Source of the DNA: the human T2T-CHM13v2.0 reference genome, Homo sapiens
Assembly (NCBI RefSeq): GCF_009914755.1
Contig: NC_060947.1
Direction: 5' to 3' (one strand)
Length of the DNA stretch: 64,000 nucleotides
This document shows positions 1-17,180 of the stretch, piece by piece. Under the pieces are notes generated by a model. The model was not told the DNA's origin and ran no database searches. It saw only the letters and a program-made list of their open reading frames with translations. The translations under genes and the position numbers were made by a program. Position 1 is the first letter of the stretch. The number at the start of each line of letters is the position of its first letter.

Positions 1-2985
<2,985 letters not shown>

Positions 2986-2989
2986 TCTA

Positions 2990-5215
2990 TTTTACTCTTA
3001 TACTTGCATTATCTGGGATTTACTCACTGACATTACAGTATGAGTATTTTGGATTTGACTATGTTTACTTTTATCTGTCAGTTTTATACTTGTATATGTT
3101 TTCACATTGTTACTTACTATCTTTTGTTTCAACTCAAAGAATCCCCTTTAGTATTTCTTGTGAGGCTGGTCTTGTGATTTTAAACTCCTTCAGCTTTCGT
3201 TTGCCTTGGAATGTGTTCATCTCTTCTTTATTACTGAAAAAGAGCTTTGCAGGGTATAATATTCTTGGTTGACATTGTTTTTCATAATCACTTTGAATAT
3301 GTCATCTCACTCACTTTCTCCTGGCCTACAAGTTTGCTGTTGATAAGTCCTTTGACAGCTTTATGGGATATTGTAATATTTAACACTTTCTTTTTTCTTG
3401 TTTCATTCAAAATTTTATCTTTATCTTTGTCTTTTGACATTTTCATTATAATATGTCTCAAAGTATTCTTTTTTTGAAGTAATTTTTCTTAAGGTCCTCT
3501 GGGCTTACTGCATCTGTATGTTCATATCCCTGCCAAGATTTGGGAAGTTTATAGATAATATTTCTTTAAATAAGCTTTTTGCCTCTTTGCATCTTTTATT
3601 TCCTTTGGATACTGTCATAATTCATGTATTTGTGTGTTTCCTGGTTACCCAATTTGCTATGCTTTCTTAACTTTCATAAATCATATATTTTTTGTTTTCT
3701 TAATTGGCTAATTTCCAATAACCTGTTTTTGACTTTGTTAATTTTTTTCTTCTGCATGATCAAGTTTGCTGTTGAAACTATCTACTGAATTTTTCAGTTG
3801 TCCCATTGTATTCTTCAACTTCAGGATTTCTGGTTCTTTTGTATGATTTCCATTATCTTTATTATCTCTTTCTGTTCATATATTGCTTTCCCAATTTCAT
3901 TTAGTTGTGTGTCTGTTTTACATCTTATTGAGCTTTAAGATGATTCTTTTGAATTATGGCTCAGAGAATTTGCATATATCTATTTTTTGGTTAATGATTT
4001 GAACTTTACAAGTATTTTGGTGGTATCATGTTTTCTTAATTATTTGTTATCCATATAGCTTTTTGTCAACATCTTATTATTTCAAAAAAACCCATCTTTT
4101 ATTGCTACACACTGGTTTCAACAAGTTAAAGTCTCTTTCTATTACGTATCCATATAGGCTAAAATTGAGACACAGTCTTGTTTCAAGTCCACAGCCAAGA
4201 CTAAGATCCTCAGGCTTATTTTAAAAGACACAACTAAGCATGTCTTCTATTGGATTCCTTGGTAAACATGATCCTAATTTCAAATGGAGTTTGAGAAGGG
4301 CTGTTGTCAGTTAATAAGGCCATGTCAAGATCCACAATGTGACCAATGTCAGGGCATCAGCCTGCAGGGGCACGGATCAACCTGCCTCCCTCCAGATCCT
4401 CAGGCTGGCAGAACCACTGTAAGTCCACACCCAAGGGTGAACAGGACTGAGATCGGGATGTTTGAGGATTCAGAGTTTGGCAAGCCTGCCACATGGACTC
4501 AGATGGCCATAACTCCTGGTGGGACCCCAGCTGGACAGAACTACTCCAAGACTACAGATGGAATACACTCAAACTTAGTATAATAGCTAATGTAGAACCT
4601 ACTGTGGGACCTATATTGGCAAGCCCAACCTAGCTGTACTAGCTAGTGAGACTCTCAGCAGTACCCTATGTGTGCAGGATTGCTTGCATACCACAGCTGA
4701 TAGAGGCTGGAACTAAATTTCAGGGCCCCTTCGGAAACTGCCATGGGGAAGAGGCCAGCAAGCTTGTCCAGGTGCATCTTCCATGAGTTCCTTGCCCAGG
4801 CGGGATAATTCTGGAGCTGTTTCAGAGAGCGGCTGGGAACAAGAGAAAGCCCTTTTATTATCTGCTGTGGGATGTAGACAAGCAAGCCTGTCCATTTGGC
4901 ACAAATGACTGCATCTCCCAGTAGTTTTTTTGTGCCATCAGGATTGACATTAGGCTGTACATTAGAGGGACTGGAGTCAAGCTTCAGTATTCCTTCAGGG
5001 TCTGCTGTGGGATGGATGTTGGCAAGCCTGTCGTGATGGCACAGAGAGAGGATTCTTCCAACTACTTACTGTACGGATGGTATAGCTCCCTGAATATTGC
5101 AGAGAGGGCCTGGAGCTGAGACAGAGCTCCTAAAGGATCTGCTATGAGGCAGAAGCTGGTAAGTCTGTCCTGGTGGCTCAGACTGGAATGTTTCCTAGTA
5201 GTTCTCTGCATGGAC
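2990..5215 (-). mobile_element. Ancient L1M fragment: degraded ORF1 plus 5' region with ~139-bp degenerate repeats
   Basis: T-rich antisense ORF1-like sequence 2990-4150, then a GC-richer periodic 5' region. Confidence 0.65.
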
Positions 5216-5219
5216 ATTG

Positions 5220-5560
5220 AACAAGTTATGTAACTAACAGCTTAGTACTTCAGTTACATCAACATAAAATGGGGATGACACTAATACCTAACTCACAGGG
5301 ATTTTCTATCTCTAGAATGTAACTTTTATGAATTAAGGATGTTGGCTCTTTAACTGCTATATCACTAACTCCCAGAACAGTGCTTAGAACTTAGTTGGTA
5401 CTAAATAACATTTGCTGAATAAAATAATTTTATGAGTAAATTCTTGGAAATCACTTAGAATAATGTATGTAGATATTATTAGTCAAGCATATTAATATTA
5501 TCATGTGTATTGTAGGTATCAGATTAAATGTCACTTCCTCAGGGAACTGTATCTTATCTA
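5220..5560 (+). mobile_element. MIR interrupted by an L2 3' end, plus an L2 fragment
   Basis: MIR core-like 'cagtt..catc..taaaatggggatga..taatacct..ctcacaggg'; L2 3'-end-like 'cccagaacagtgcttagaac..taaataacatttgctgaat'. Confidence 0.6.
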
Positions 5561-8305
5561 CTCTCACTAACTAAATTAACACACCAACTTAAAAAGTTTT
5601 ATTCCCCCAAATAAGGATTAAATAAAGAGAAAACATTGAATAGTTTAGGCAACTCAAAAAATAAATAGTAAATGCTTACTATGCACTAATTTACCAGGGT
5701 CAGATAAGAATTTTTATTAAAAATATTTCATGGGAATGATGTCCACAAAATGGCAGAGTAGGCTGTTACACACTTCCATCCTCCAACATAAATATTGAAA
5801 AAAAAAAAAAAGAAACTGTAAGAAACAACTTGGTGAGAACTCTGAAAAAGCAGTCAAAGGTTTACAGCAAATATGCAAACACTAAAAACAATAAAGTTAA
5901 GATAGTAGGAAAGCTTTATAATATTTTTAACTGGCTTGCCTTATTTTCTTTCTGGTTTGGCAAGAGCCTAAAAGAGAGAAGCCTGTATTCTTAGTACAGG
6001 ATACTATGTCCTGTCTATGAAGGAACAGAACAAATCCTAATCACAAATTGTTGGATAAGTCTTTTCTAACATCTATGAAGTCTACTTGAAAGAGTTATGG
6101 AAGGCATTTGTCTCTGTTTGGCCTACCTCAGAACACACCCATGCCAGAAAAGTGATGGGCATTGCTCAAAAACATTATAATATGAACAAACAGCTTTCAG
6201 ACATTTGAGAAAAATTAAGGTTGTATCCTATAGTAGCCCAACTAAAACCTAAGAGGAAAAGCCAGGGAAAGAGTGACTTTGCAAAATGAGGTCTATCTAA
6301 ATTCCCCACGTATGTTGAGGAATTTAGAAAGCTGCAATTATCTTCAGAGCAACACATCTACTCATAAAAACCTGAGAAAATCTGTAGTTTTCACCTAAAT
6401 TTATGGGTAAATTTTTGGAAATCACTTAGAATAATGTATGCACATATTATCAGTCATAGTATATTAATATCATCCTGCATGCTGTAGGTATCAGTTCAAA
6501 TATCACTTCGTCAGGGAACTGTACCTTAACTACTCTCACTAACTAGGTTAATACACCAAAAGATAATTTTTAATTCCCCAAAATTAGGCTTAAAAAAAGA
6601 AAAAAAACATTAAATAGTTGAACTGAAAATGTTACGAGACAAGTGAACCACTGTGATCTTAAACTTTTTTAAATAAAGCAGATGGAAAGAAAGAAGGAGA
6701 ATCTTACTTTTGGTATTACTACATTGTAATATTTAATTGTCTGGTTTTTAACAAAAAGTTTCAAGGAATTTAAAGTAACAGAAAAATATGGCCCATTTAT
6801 ACAAAAAAATAAATAAATAGGTAGAAGCCATCCTGTGAAATCATAGGCTTTGGACTTGCTAGATAAAGACTTTAACTCTTCTAAATGCATTCAAAGAACT
6901 AAAGTAAATTGTAGAGAAAGACCTAAAAATAATCCAGGAAAATGTTGTAAAAAATGAGAGTATCAATAAAGGGATAAAAATTATAGAAAGGAAGAAAGGA
7001 GAAATATGGAGCTAAAAATTACAATAACTGATATCAAAATTTAATACAGGAGTTCAAAAGCAGATTTGAACATGGAGAAGAAAGGATAAGTGAAATGGAA
7101 GATGAGAGAATTAAAATTATACAGTCTGAGGAGAAAAAGTCCATAGAGAATGAAGGAAGTTGAATAGATCATAAGGACCCCATGAGACACCATGCAGAGG
7201 GCTTCATAGAATAAAAAAGAAAAGAAAAAGCAGAGACAATTTTTGAAAAAATGGTGGCCCAAACACCTCAAATTTGATGACATACATGTATCCACACAAC
7301 AAACAACATCAACAAACTCCAGGTAGATTAAACTCATTGTCTCACAATGAGACACATTATACTCAAATTGTTGAAAGCTAAAGGAAAATCATCCTGAAAG
7401 CAGCCAAAGAAAGGTGACTTATCCTGTAGAAAGGATGCTTAATAAGATTTATTACCACTTTCTCATCAGAAACCGTGGAGGCCAGAAAACAGTGTGATAA
7501 CATACTTAAAGTAATGAAATAAAAAATAGGGAAAACCAAGAATTCTACACCAGAAATAAATTGTTCTTAGAAGTAAGGAAGAAATTAAGACAGTCTCAGA
7601 TAAACAAAACCTGAAGGAATTTGTTACCACTAGACATTTGCTACAAGAAAACTAAATGTGGTGTTTTGGGTTACAATGAAAAGACACTAGACAGTAGCCT
7701 ACAATTATATGAAAAAATAAAGACATCTGTTATGATTAATATATGAGTAAATATAAAAGCCATTATTATTGTATTTTGGTTTACAACTTTATTTTTTTAT
7801 TTTCTACATGATTTAAAGGTCATTTTTTAAAAAGTAATCATAAATATGTTCTTGGGCATGCAAATGACCAAAGATAAAATTTTCTGCAAAAACAACATAA
7901 AGGGAAGACAGAATTATATAGCAGCATAGTTTTATCATGCCATCAAAATTAAGTTGCTAACAATTCAAACCAGATTGCTATAAATTTAAGGTGTTAAATA
8001 TGATTCTCACAGTAACCACAAAAATATCTAAAATATATACATGAAGAATGACACAGATACTAAAATGGTTCACTAAAAAATTCAACTAAACAAATAAAAA
8101 GCCGTACTAGAGAAAATGAGGGATTTGTAAAGCATATGACATACAGAAGACAAACAGCAAAATAAAAAAAGAAAGCCCTTCTTTGTCACTAATTACATTA
8201 CATGTAAGTAGATTAAAATATCTATTCAAAAGAAAGATTGGTAGACTGGATTTTTTAAAATGATCAAACTGTACGGATTCCACTAAAGACTACTAATTTT
8301 AGAGC

Positions 8306-8374
8306 TTTCTTAGTCCATTTCTGTTATAAGAAAGTACCACAGACTGGGTAACACATTTTATATATATGTATATG

Positions 8375-8407
<33 letters not shown>

Positions 8408-8769
8408 ACTATATAAAAATTTATACTCTATGTGTATATATACTCTGTGTATATATATGTGTATATATATTATATTATATAATATATATATGATATAGTA
8501 TATATTATATATATGCACATTACTATATAGTATATATAATATATACTATATATATATACTATATTGTATATATATTATGTGTATATATAGTATATATAAT
8601 GTGTATTTATATATTATATTACATATTACTATATATAGAGTATATATTATGTATATATATTAATTATATAATACAGTATATTATGTATATACTATATATA
8701 CACATATAGAGTATATGCATGTATAGCAATATGTACATCTTAAAAGCAACCAAAGAAAGAAAAATTTAA

Positions 8770-8817
<48 letters not shown>

Positions 8818-9115
8818 TTGAAGTCTGAGAAGTTCAAGACTAAGGCAGCAGCATTGCTTCCTGGTGAGGACCTGTTCCATCAATGATGTCTACTCAATGA
8901 TGTCTACTCATCATAGCATCCTTACATTTGAAGGCAGAAGGGGTAAAAGGAGTGAACTCTTTCTGTAACATCATTTGTAAGGTCAGTAATTCATTCATCA
9001 TGGATTCCTCATGAATTAATCACTTCCAAAAAGGTCTCAACTTTTAATATCCCCACAATAGTTATGGAGTTTAAATATGAATTTTAGAAGAGACACCACA
9101 TTAAAATCAAAACAA
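8306..9115 (-). mobile_element. MLT1A/MSTD-type MaLR solo LTR with an expanded (TA)n/(TG)n tract inside
   Basis: 'tagtccattt..taccacagactgggtaa' start; 'gagaagttcaagactaaggc', 'gaattaatcacttccaaaaagg' MaLR LTR motifs. Confidence 0.7.
8359..8815. repeat. (TA)n / (TG)n simple repeat and TA-rich low complexity
   Basis: Directly visible, including a perfect (TA)n run at ~8772-8814. Confidence 0.95.
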
Positions 9116-9150
9116 GATTCATAGAGACATAGTTTGAAAGTGAAAGGATG

Positions 9151-9579
9151 GCACATCAATGTCCTAGGGCTGCCATTAAAAAGTATCAAAAACTAGCATA
9201 CTAAAACAAGAAAAGCGTATTGTCTGACTCTTCTGGAGGCAATAAGTTCAAAACCCAAATATTGGCAGGGTCGTCCTTCCTCCAAAGATTTTATGGGAGA
9301 ATATTTCCTTGTTGTTTTCAGCTTCAGGATGCTTCAGGCACTCCTTAGCTTTTTGCAGTGTAACTCTTATTTCAGCTTCCCTTGTCACTTAGCATATTCT
9401 GTGTGTGTGTCTCTTCTTATATGAACCCGAGTCATATTGACTTGGAGCCAACTCTACCCATCTTATATTAACTTGATTACAACTACAAACACCTTACTTC
9501 AAAGTTAGGCCATATTTATATGCAACTAGGGTTAAAACTTCAATATATTATTATTAGAGACACAGGATAACACATAACA
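9151..9579 (-). mobile_element. MLT1C-like MaLR solo LTR
   Basis: 'cctagggctgccat..ttctggaggc..ttggcaggg..gtcatattg..ttaacttgattac' pattern; host L1 resumes after it with a degenerate 5-bp TSD (gatgg/gatag). Confidence 0.75.
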
Positions 9580-12113
9580 GATAGGAAAAGATATGTCATT
9601 ACAGTTGTAACCAAAACAGAGCTTAAGTAGCCATACTATATGACAAAATAAAATGTAATCAAACTGTTACAAAAGATATCAGACATTGTACACGGATGTG
9701 TTTCAATTCATCAAGAAGATACAAATATTATAAACACATATGCACAGAAGAATCCCAAATTATAAGCAGCAAACATTGGCAGAATTGAAGGGATAAATAG
9801 ACAATTCTAAAATGATAGTTGGATACTTCAATACATCATTTTTAATAGCATAGTAACTATATGGATGATCAATAAAGAAATATAAAACTTGACCAACACT
9901 GTAAACCATGTGCAACTGTCAGACATCTGTAGAACACTACACCCAATAACTGCACAATACATCTACTTCTCATTGTACATATAACATTGTCAATAATAAA
10001 TCATGTATTAGGCCACAAACAAGTTTCAGTGCATTTAAAAATATTGAATTCATGCCAAGTATCACCCTGACCAAAACACATAAAGCTAAATATCAAAAAC
10101 AAAAGAAAAATTGAAATATCATGAATATGTTAAAATTAGACAATTTTTAACAACCAATAGGTCAAAGAATATATAACAAGTAAACTTAGAAAATACTTTG
10201 AAATCAGTAACAGTGAAAACACAACGTGCCAAAACATATGAGAAGAAATGAAAGCAGTGCTCAACAGAAAGTTTATAGCTGTAAATGTTAACATTAAAAA
10301 AGAACAATTTTAAATCAATAACTTAATATTACCTTTTAAGAAACTAGAAAAACAAGAACAAACTAAACCCAAAGCTGAAGAAGGAAGAAAATAATAAAGA
10401 ATAGACATTAAATAAATAAAACAGAGAATAGAGAAACAATAGAGAAAATCAATGAAACCAAGAGTTGGTATTTTGAAAAGATAAACAAAATTGACAAATC
10501 CTTAGCTATGTTATCTAATAAAAAGAGATAAGATTAAAATTGAAATACAGGGACAGTACTACTGATTTGACAGAAATAAATATGTTATAAAGGAATAATA
10601 TGAAGAATTATACACTAATAAATTCGATAAGCTAAATACAATATATAAATTTTTATAAATATGCAAGCTACAGAGACTGAACCATGAAAAAATAAGAAAT
10701 TTGATAAGACCTGTAACTCGTTAAGAGATGTAATCAGTAGCCAAAAACTTCCCAAGAAAGAAAAGCCCAAGACCAGATAGATTCACTAGAGAATTCTAAC
10801 AAACATGTAAAGAATTAACACCAATCTTTCTAAAACTTCCAAAAAATTAAAGAGGGTGAAAACTTCCTACCTCATTTCTTTAGGTCAGCATTACCCTTAT
10901 ATGAAAACAAGGACGTGCAAATAAGAAAACTACAGAACAATATCCCTTATGAATATTAATGCAAAATGCTGCAATAAAATGTAAGTAAATTGAATTAAAT
11001 AGCATATTTAAAACATTATATACTATGAAAAAGTATGATTTCTTCCAGAAAAGATGTTCAATATATGTAATTTAATATGTATGATATGACAAATTAACAA
11101 AACAAGGGGGGAAGCGTCATATGATTATATTAATTGATGCAGAAAAAGCATTTGACAAAATTCAACACTTTTTAATAATACAGACATTCTAGAAATAGAA
11201 GGAAACTACCTCAAAATAATGAAGGCCATATATCACAAATCCACAGCTGACATCATACTCATTGGTGAAAGGCTTGAAAGCATGGCAAGGATGCCTACTT
11301 TGACCACTTATACGCAGCATAGTTCTGGAAGTCCTATACAGAGGTATTAGGTAAATCAAAAACCAAAAGGCAACAAAATAGGAAATAAAAAAATAAAATT
11401 GTCACTAATTACAGTTAACATAATATTATATATTAAAATTTTCTAAAGTTCTTACCAAATAAAGTGTGAGACCAAATAAACAAATTCAGCAAAGTTGCAG
11501 ATAAAATTAATACACAAAATTACTTCTGTTTCTGCCCATTAACCACAAACAATCTGAAAAGTTTAGAAAACCATTGCATTTACAGTAGCAACAAAAAGAA
11601 TAAAATACTTATGATCGAACTTAACCACATAAGTAAAAATCATGTGCACTGAAAACTACAAAACATTGTCAAAACCATTATAGAAGACAAACAAATGGAA
11701 GAACATCATATTTTATGAATTGGAAAAATTAAAAATAAAAATATTGGTACCAACAAACAATAACTACAAATTCAATGAAATCCTTATAAAAATTCCTATA
11801 AAAATTCCATGACATTTTGCAAAAATAGAAATAACCACCCAAAATTCATACACAATCATAAGGGATCTTGAATAGTCAAAGCATTCTTGAAAAAGAACAA
11901 AAAAACTTGAGTCTCAGACTTCTTGATTTCAAAACTTACTATAAAGCAATGAAAATCAAAACAGTGTGGTACTGGCATAAAAAACACATGTAAGTCAATG
12001 AAATAATAAACAGAACTCCAAAATAAACCATCACCTATGTGGTAAAACATATTTTCGCAAAGATGACAAGACCATTCAATGAAGAAAGGATGGTCTTTTC
12101 AACAAATATTGTT

Positions 12114-12240
12114 GGCTGAGGCAGGAGAATGGCGTGAACCCCAGGGGGCGGAGCCTGCAGTGAGCCGAGATCGCGCCACTGCACTCCAGCCTGGGCGACA
12201 GCGAGACTCCGTCTCAAAAAAAAAAAAAAAAAAAAAAAAA
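12114..12240 (+). mobile_element. 5'-truncated young AluY (AluYe5-like), 3' part of right arm plus pure A tail
   Basis: 'gaaccccagggggcggagcctgcag...gggcgacagcgagactcc'; intact CpGs; TSD aacaaatattgtt at 12101-12113 and 12240-12252. Confidence 0.95.
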
Positions 12241-13059
12241 ACAAATATTGTTAACATACAAAACAATGAAGGTGTACCTTTACCATATACCCCACAAAAA
12301 TTTACTGAAAATGGTTCCATCACCTACAGTTAAGAGCTAAAACTATAAAATTACTAGAAGAAAACACTCTGGGCAATTTTCATGACATTGGATTTGATAA
12401 GGCCAAAAAAAAAAAAGCACAGAGAACAAGAGAAAAACTAGATAAATTAAGCACTTTTATACATCAAAGAGCACTATGAACAGAGTAATAATGAACCCAA
12501 CTATTGAAAGAAGTGTCTGCAAACAAAGTATCAAATATATGTGATAAGGAATTAATATCCAGAATACATAAAGAACTCAACTAAAAAAAATAAAATTGGG
12601 CAAACAATTCAATAGATATTTTTTCAAAGAAATATACAAATGGCCAGTAAGCACATTAAAATGTTAAATTTCACTAGCCCTTAGAGAAATGAAATCAAGA
12701 CCACAATGATATAGCAGCTCACATACATTAAGATAGCTGTAATTTTTCAGAATAGGAAAAAAATAAGTGTTTTTAATGATGTGGAGAAACTGGAAGATAC
12801 TCACATTGCTGGTGAGAATGTAAAACAGTGCAGGAGCTGTAGAAAACAGAATAGCAGATTCTCAAATGCTAAACAGAATTAACATGTGATCTACCAATTC
12901 CACTTCTGTTTATATACCTAATGAATCAAAAGCAGAAAATAGAACAGATATTTATTCATCCATGTTCATAGTAGCATGATTTATAATAACCAAAATATAG
13001 AAGCAAACCAAAGATCCATAGACAGACAAATGAATAAACAAAAGGTGATTATGTTCATC

Positions 13060-13387
13060 TGTTCATCTACTTGAGCTGTAATAACAAAATACCACAAATA
13101 GGTAGCTGAAACAACAGAAATTTATTTTCTCTTAGTAGTTCTGGAAACTGTTAAGTCCAATATCAAACTGCCAGCATGGTTGGTGTTTTGTGCGATATCC
13201 CTCCTTGGGTTGCATATGGCCTTGTTCTTGCTGTGTCTCATGTGGTAGATAACCTCGTCTTATAGCTTCACCCTTAGGATCTCTAATTTTGATTATCTCT
13301 TAAATACCTTATCTTCAATTGCAGTAACATTTGCAGTTAGGAATTTGACATATAAATTAAGGGCAGAACACAATTTAACCCATAGCA
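13060..13387 (-). mobile_element. MLT1A0/B-like MaLR solo LTR
   Basis: 'ataacaaaataccac..aacaacagaaatttatttt..gttctgga..aagtccaa' through 'acacaatttaacccatagca'. Confidence 0.75.
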
Positions 13388-14004
13388 GTGATAGACACAT
13401 ACAATGAAATATTAGTCAGCTTTAAAAAGGAATAAAATTTTGACACATACTGCAACATAAATAAACCTTGAAGACATTGTAATAAGTAAAAAAAAGACAT
13501 TCAAAAATGACAAATATTCCTTTCATTTCACTTAAATGAAGTACCTAGAATAGTCAAATTTATGGAAATAGAAAGTACAGCGGTGGCTGCCAGAGACTGG
13601 AAGAAGAGGAGAATGGAGAGTTAGTAAAAAAATGTCTAGAGAGTTCCAGTGGGGAAAATGAAAAAGTCTGACAGACAAAAGGTAGTGATGGTTGTACAAC
13701 AATGTGAATATACTTACTATCACAAAATAGTATGCTTACAATAGTTATAACAGTAAATTTTATGTTATGTATATTTAAACACAATTTTTTAAAAATTGAA
13801 AATGGGAAAATTACTACCAATCATACAGAAATAAAAAATTATCAGATAGACTATGAATAATTGTACACTGACAAATTAGATAAATTAGATTAAATTTAAA
13901 AAATTATAGAAATATACAAATAACCTAATCTGATGTAAGAAGGAATTGGAAATTCCCAACAGCTATAACAACAAAAAAGAATAAATTGTTTATTTAAAAG
14001 CTTC

Positions 14005-17000
14005 ACATTAAATGCCTATATCAAAAAGTCTGAAAGAGCAGAAATAGACTATCTAAGGTCACACCTCAAGGAACTAGAGAAACAAGAACAAACCAAACTC
14101 ACACCCAGCAGAAGAAAAGAAATAATCAAGATCAGAGCAGAACTAAATGAAATTAAGAAAAAAAAAATACAAAGGATAAATGAAACAAAAAGCTGCTTCT
14201 TTGAAAAGATTAATACAATTGATAGACCATTAGCAAGATTAACCAAGAAAAGAGGAGATAAGATACAAATAAGTTCAATTAGAAATGAAACAGAAGATAT
14301 TAAAACTGATACCACAGAAATGAAAAACATTATTAAAGGTTACTAGGAACACCTTTACATGCATAAACTAGAAAACCTAGAGGAAATAGATAAATTCCTG
14401 GAAATATACAACCCTCCTAGATTAAACCAGGAAGAAATGCCTATTCTGAACAGACCAATAACAAGCAGCAAGATTCAAATGGTAATTAAAAAGTTACCAA
14501 AAAAGTCCAAGACCAGTCAGATTCACAGCTGAATTCTATCAGACATTCAAAGAAAAATTGGTACCAATCCTATTGACACTATTCCAAAAGATAGAGAAAG
14601 AGGGAATCATCCCTAAGTCATTCAATGAAACCAGTATCACCCTAATACCAAAACCAGGAAAGGACATATCAACAACAACAACAAACTACAGACCAATAAC
14701 TCTGACAAACATAGATGCAAAAATCATCAACTAAATGCTAGCTAAAAGAATCCAACAGCATATCAAAATGATAATCTACCACGATCAAGTGAGTTTCATA
14801 TGAGAGATTCAGGGATGGTTTAACATACAGAAGTCAATAAATGTGAAACACCATGTAAAGAGAATTAAAAACAAAGATCACAGGATAATCTCAATAGACA
14901 CAGAAAAAGCATTTGACAAAATCCTGCATTTCTATATGATTAAAACACTCAGAAAATTGGCATAGAAGGGACATATCTTAAGGTAATAAAAGCCACCTAT
15001 GACAAACTGACAGCCAACATTATACTGAGTTGGGAAAAGTTGAAAGCATTCCCCCTGAAAACTGGAAGAAGGATGTCCACTTTCACAACTTCTCTTCAAC
15101 ATAGTACTGGAAGTCCTACACAGGACAGACAAAAGAAAGACGTAAAAGGCATTCAAATCAGTAAAGAGGAATTCAAACTGTCACTGTTTTTTGATGGCAT
15201 GATTGTATACCTGAAAAACCCTAAAGATTCATCCAAAAAGCTCCTAGGACTGGTAAACTGATTCAGCAAAGTTTCTGGATAAAAAATTAATGCACACAAA
15301 TCAGTAGCTCTGCTATACACCAACAGTGACCAAGCTGAGAATCAAATCAAAAACTCAACCCCTTTTACAACAGCTGCAAAACAAACAAACAAGCAAACAA
15401 ACAAACTTTGGACTATACCTAACCAAGGAGGCGAAAGACATCTACAAGGAAAACTACTGAAAGGCTGGAAGAAACCATAGATGACACAAACAAATGGAAA
15501 CACATCCCATGATCATGGAAGAGTAGAATTAATATTGTGAAAATGACCACATTGCCCAAAGCAATCTACAAATTCAATGCAATTCCCGTTAAAATACCAC
15601 CATCATTCATCACAGAACTAGAGAAAACTATCCTAAAATTCATGTGAAATCAAAAAAGAGCTCACACAGTGAAATCAAAACTAAGCAAAAAGAAAAAATC
15701 TGGTATCAAAATAGGCATAGAGACCAATGGAACAGAATAGAGAAGCCAGAAATAAAAGCCAAATACTTATAACCAACTGATCTTCATTAAAGCAAACAAA
15801 AACACAAAATGGGGAAAGGACACTCTTCATCAAATGGTGCTGAGATAATTGGCAAGCCACATGTAGGAGAATGAAACTGGATCTTCATCTCTCACCTTAT
15901 ACAAAAATCAACTCTAAATGAATCAAAGACTTAAATCTGAGGCCAAAAACCATCAAAATTCTGGGCGATAACATCGGAAACACCCTCCTAGACATTGGGT
16001 TAGGCAAAGACTTCATGACTCAAAATACAAAGGCAAATGAAACAAAAAAAATGAATAGATGGAACTTAATTAATCTAAAAAGCTTCTGCACAGCAAAAGA
16101 AATAATCAGCAGAGTAAACAGACAACCCACAAAGTGGGAGAAAATCTTTGCAGTCTCTACATCCAACAAAGGACTAATATCCAGACTCTATAAGGAACTC
16201 TAACAAATCAGTAAGAAAAAACAAACAATCCCATCCAAAAAGTGGGTTAAGGACATGAATAGAGAATACTCAAAAGAAGATATACAAATGACCAACAAAC
16301 ATATAAAAAATACTCAACATCACTAATGATCAGAAAAATGAAAATCAAAACCACAATGTGATACCACCTTACTCCCGCAAGAATGCCTATAATCAAAAAA
16401 TCCTAAAACAGTAGATGTTGGCGTGGATGTGATGAAGAGGGAACACTTTTACATTGCTGGTGGGAATGTAAACTAGTACAACCACTATGGAAAACAGCAT
16501 GGAGATTACTTAAAGAACTAAATGTAGAACTACCATTGGAACTAGCAATGCCACTCCTGGGTATCTACCCAGGAAAAAAAAGAAGTTATTATACCAAAAA
16601 GATATTTGTACCTGCATGTTTATAGCAGCACAATTCGTAATTGCAAAAATATGGAACCAGCCCAAATGCCCATCAATCAATGAGTGGATAAAGAAAATGT
16701 GATATATATATACATATATATATATATCACATTCCTATATATATATATCACATTCATATATATATATCACATTCATATATATATCACATTCATATATATA
16801 TATCACATTCATATATATATATATATATATACACACACGCATACACACCATGGAATACTACTCAGCCATAAAAAGGAATGAGATAATGGCATTCTCAGCA
16901 ACTTGGATGAAATTGAAGACCGTTATTCTGAGTGAAATAATTCAGGAATGCAAAACTAAACATTGTATGTTCTCAATCATAAGTGGGAGCTAAGCTACGA

Positions 17001-17180
17001 GGATGCAAAGGCATAAGAATAATACAGTGGACTTTTGGGACTCAGGGGAAAGGGGGAGAAGGTGGTGAGGGATAAAAGACTATACATTGGGTACAGTGTA
17101 CACTGCTTGGGTGATGGGTGCACAAAATTTCACAAATCACCACTAAAAAACTTATTCATGTACAATAAATAAATAGATAA
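14005..17180 (+). mobile_element. 5'-truncated L1PB1-like LINE-1 (~3.2 kb)
   Basis: ORF2 remnants ([17 protein letters not shown]); L1PB-type 3'UTR 'agggataaaagactatacattgggtacagtgtacactgcttgggtgatgggtgcac'. Confidence 0.88.
16702..16848. repeat. TA-derived micro/minisatellite (ATATATCACATTCAT-type unit, ~5 copies) inside the L1PB 3' region
   Basis: 'atcacattc' recurs about every 20 bp between TA runs. Confidence 0.9.

Larger units (their letters stand above)
5730..13795 (+). mobile_element. Near full-length ancient L1MB-type LINE-1, degraded, with nested insertions
   Basis: 5' start motif 'aaaatggcagagtagg', A-rich ORF1/ORF2 remnants, L1MB-type 3' end ('ggtagtgatggttgtacaacaatgtgaat...tttatgttatgtatattt'). 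Confidence 0.85.
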
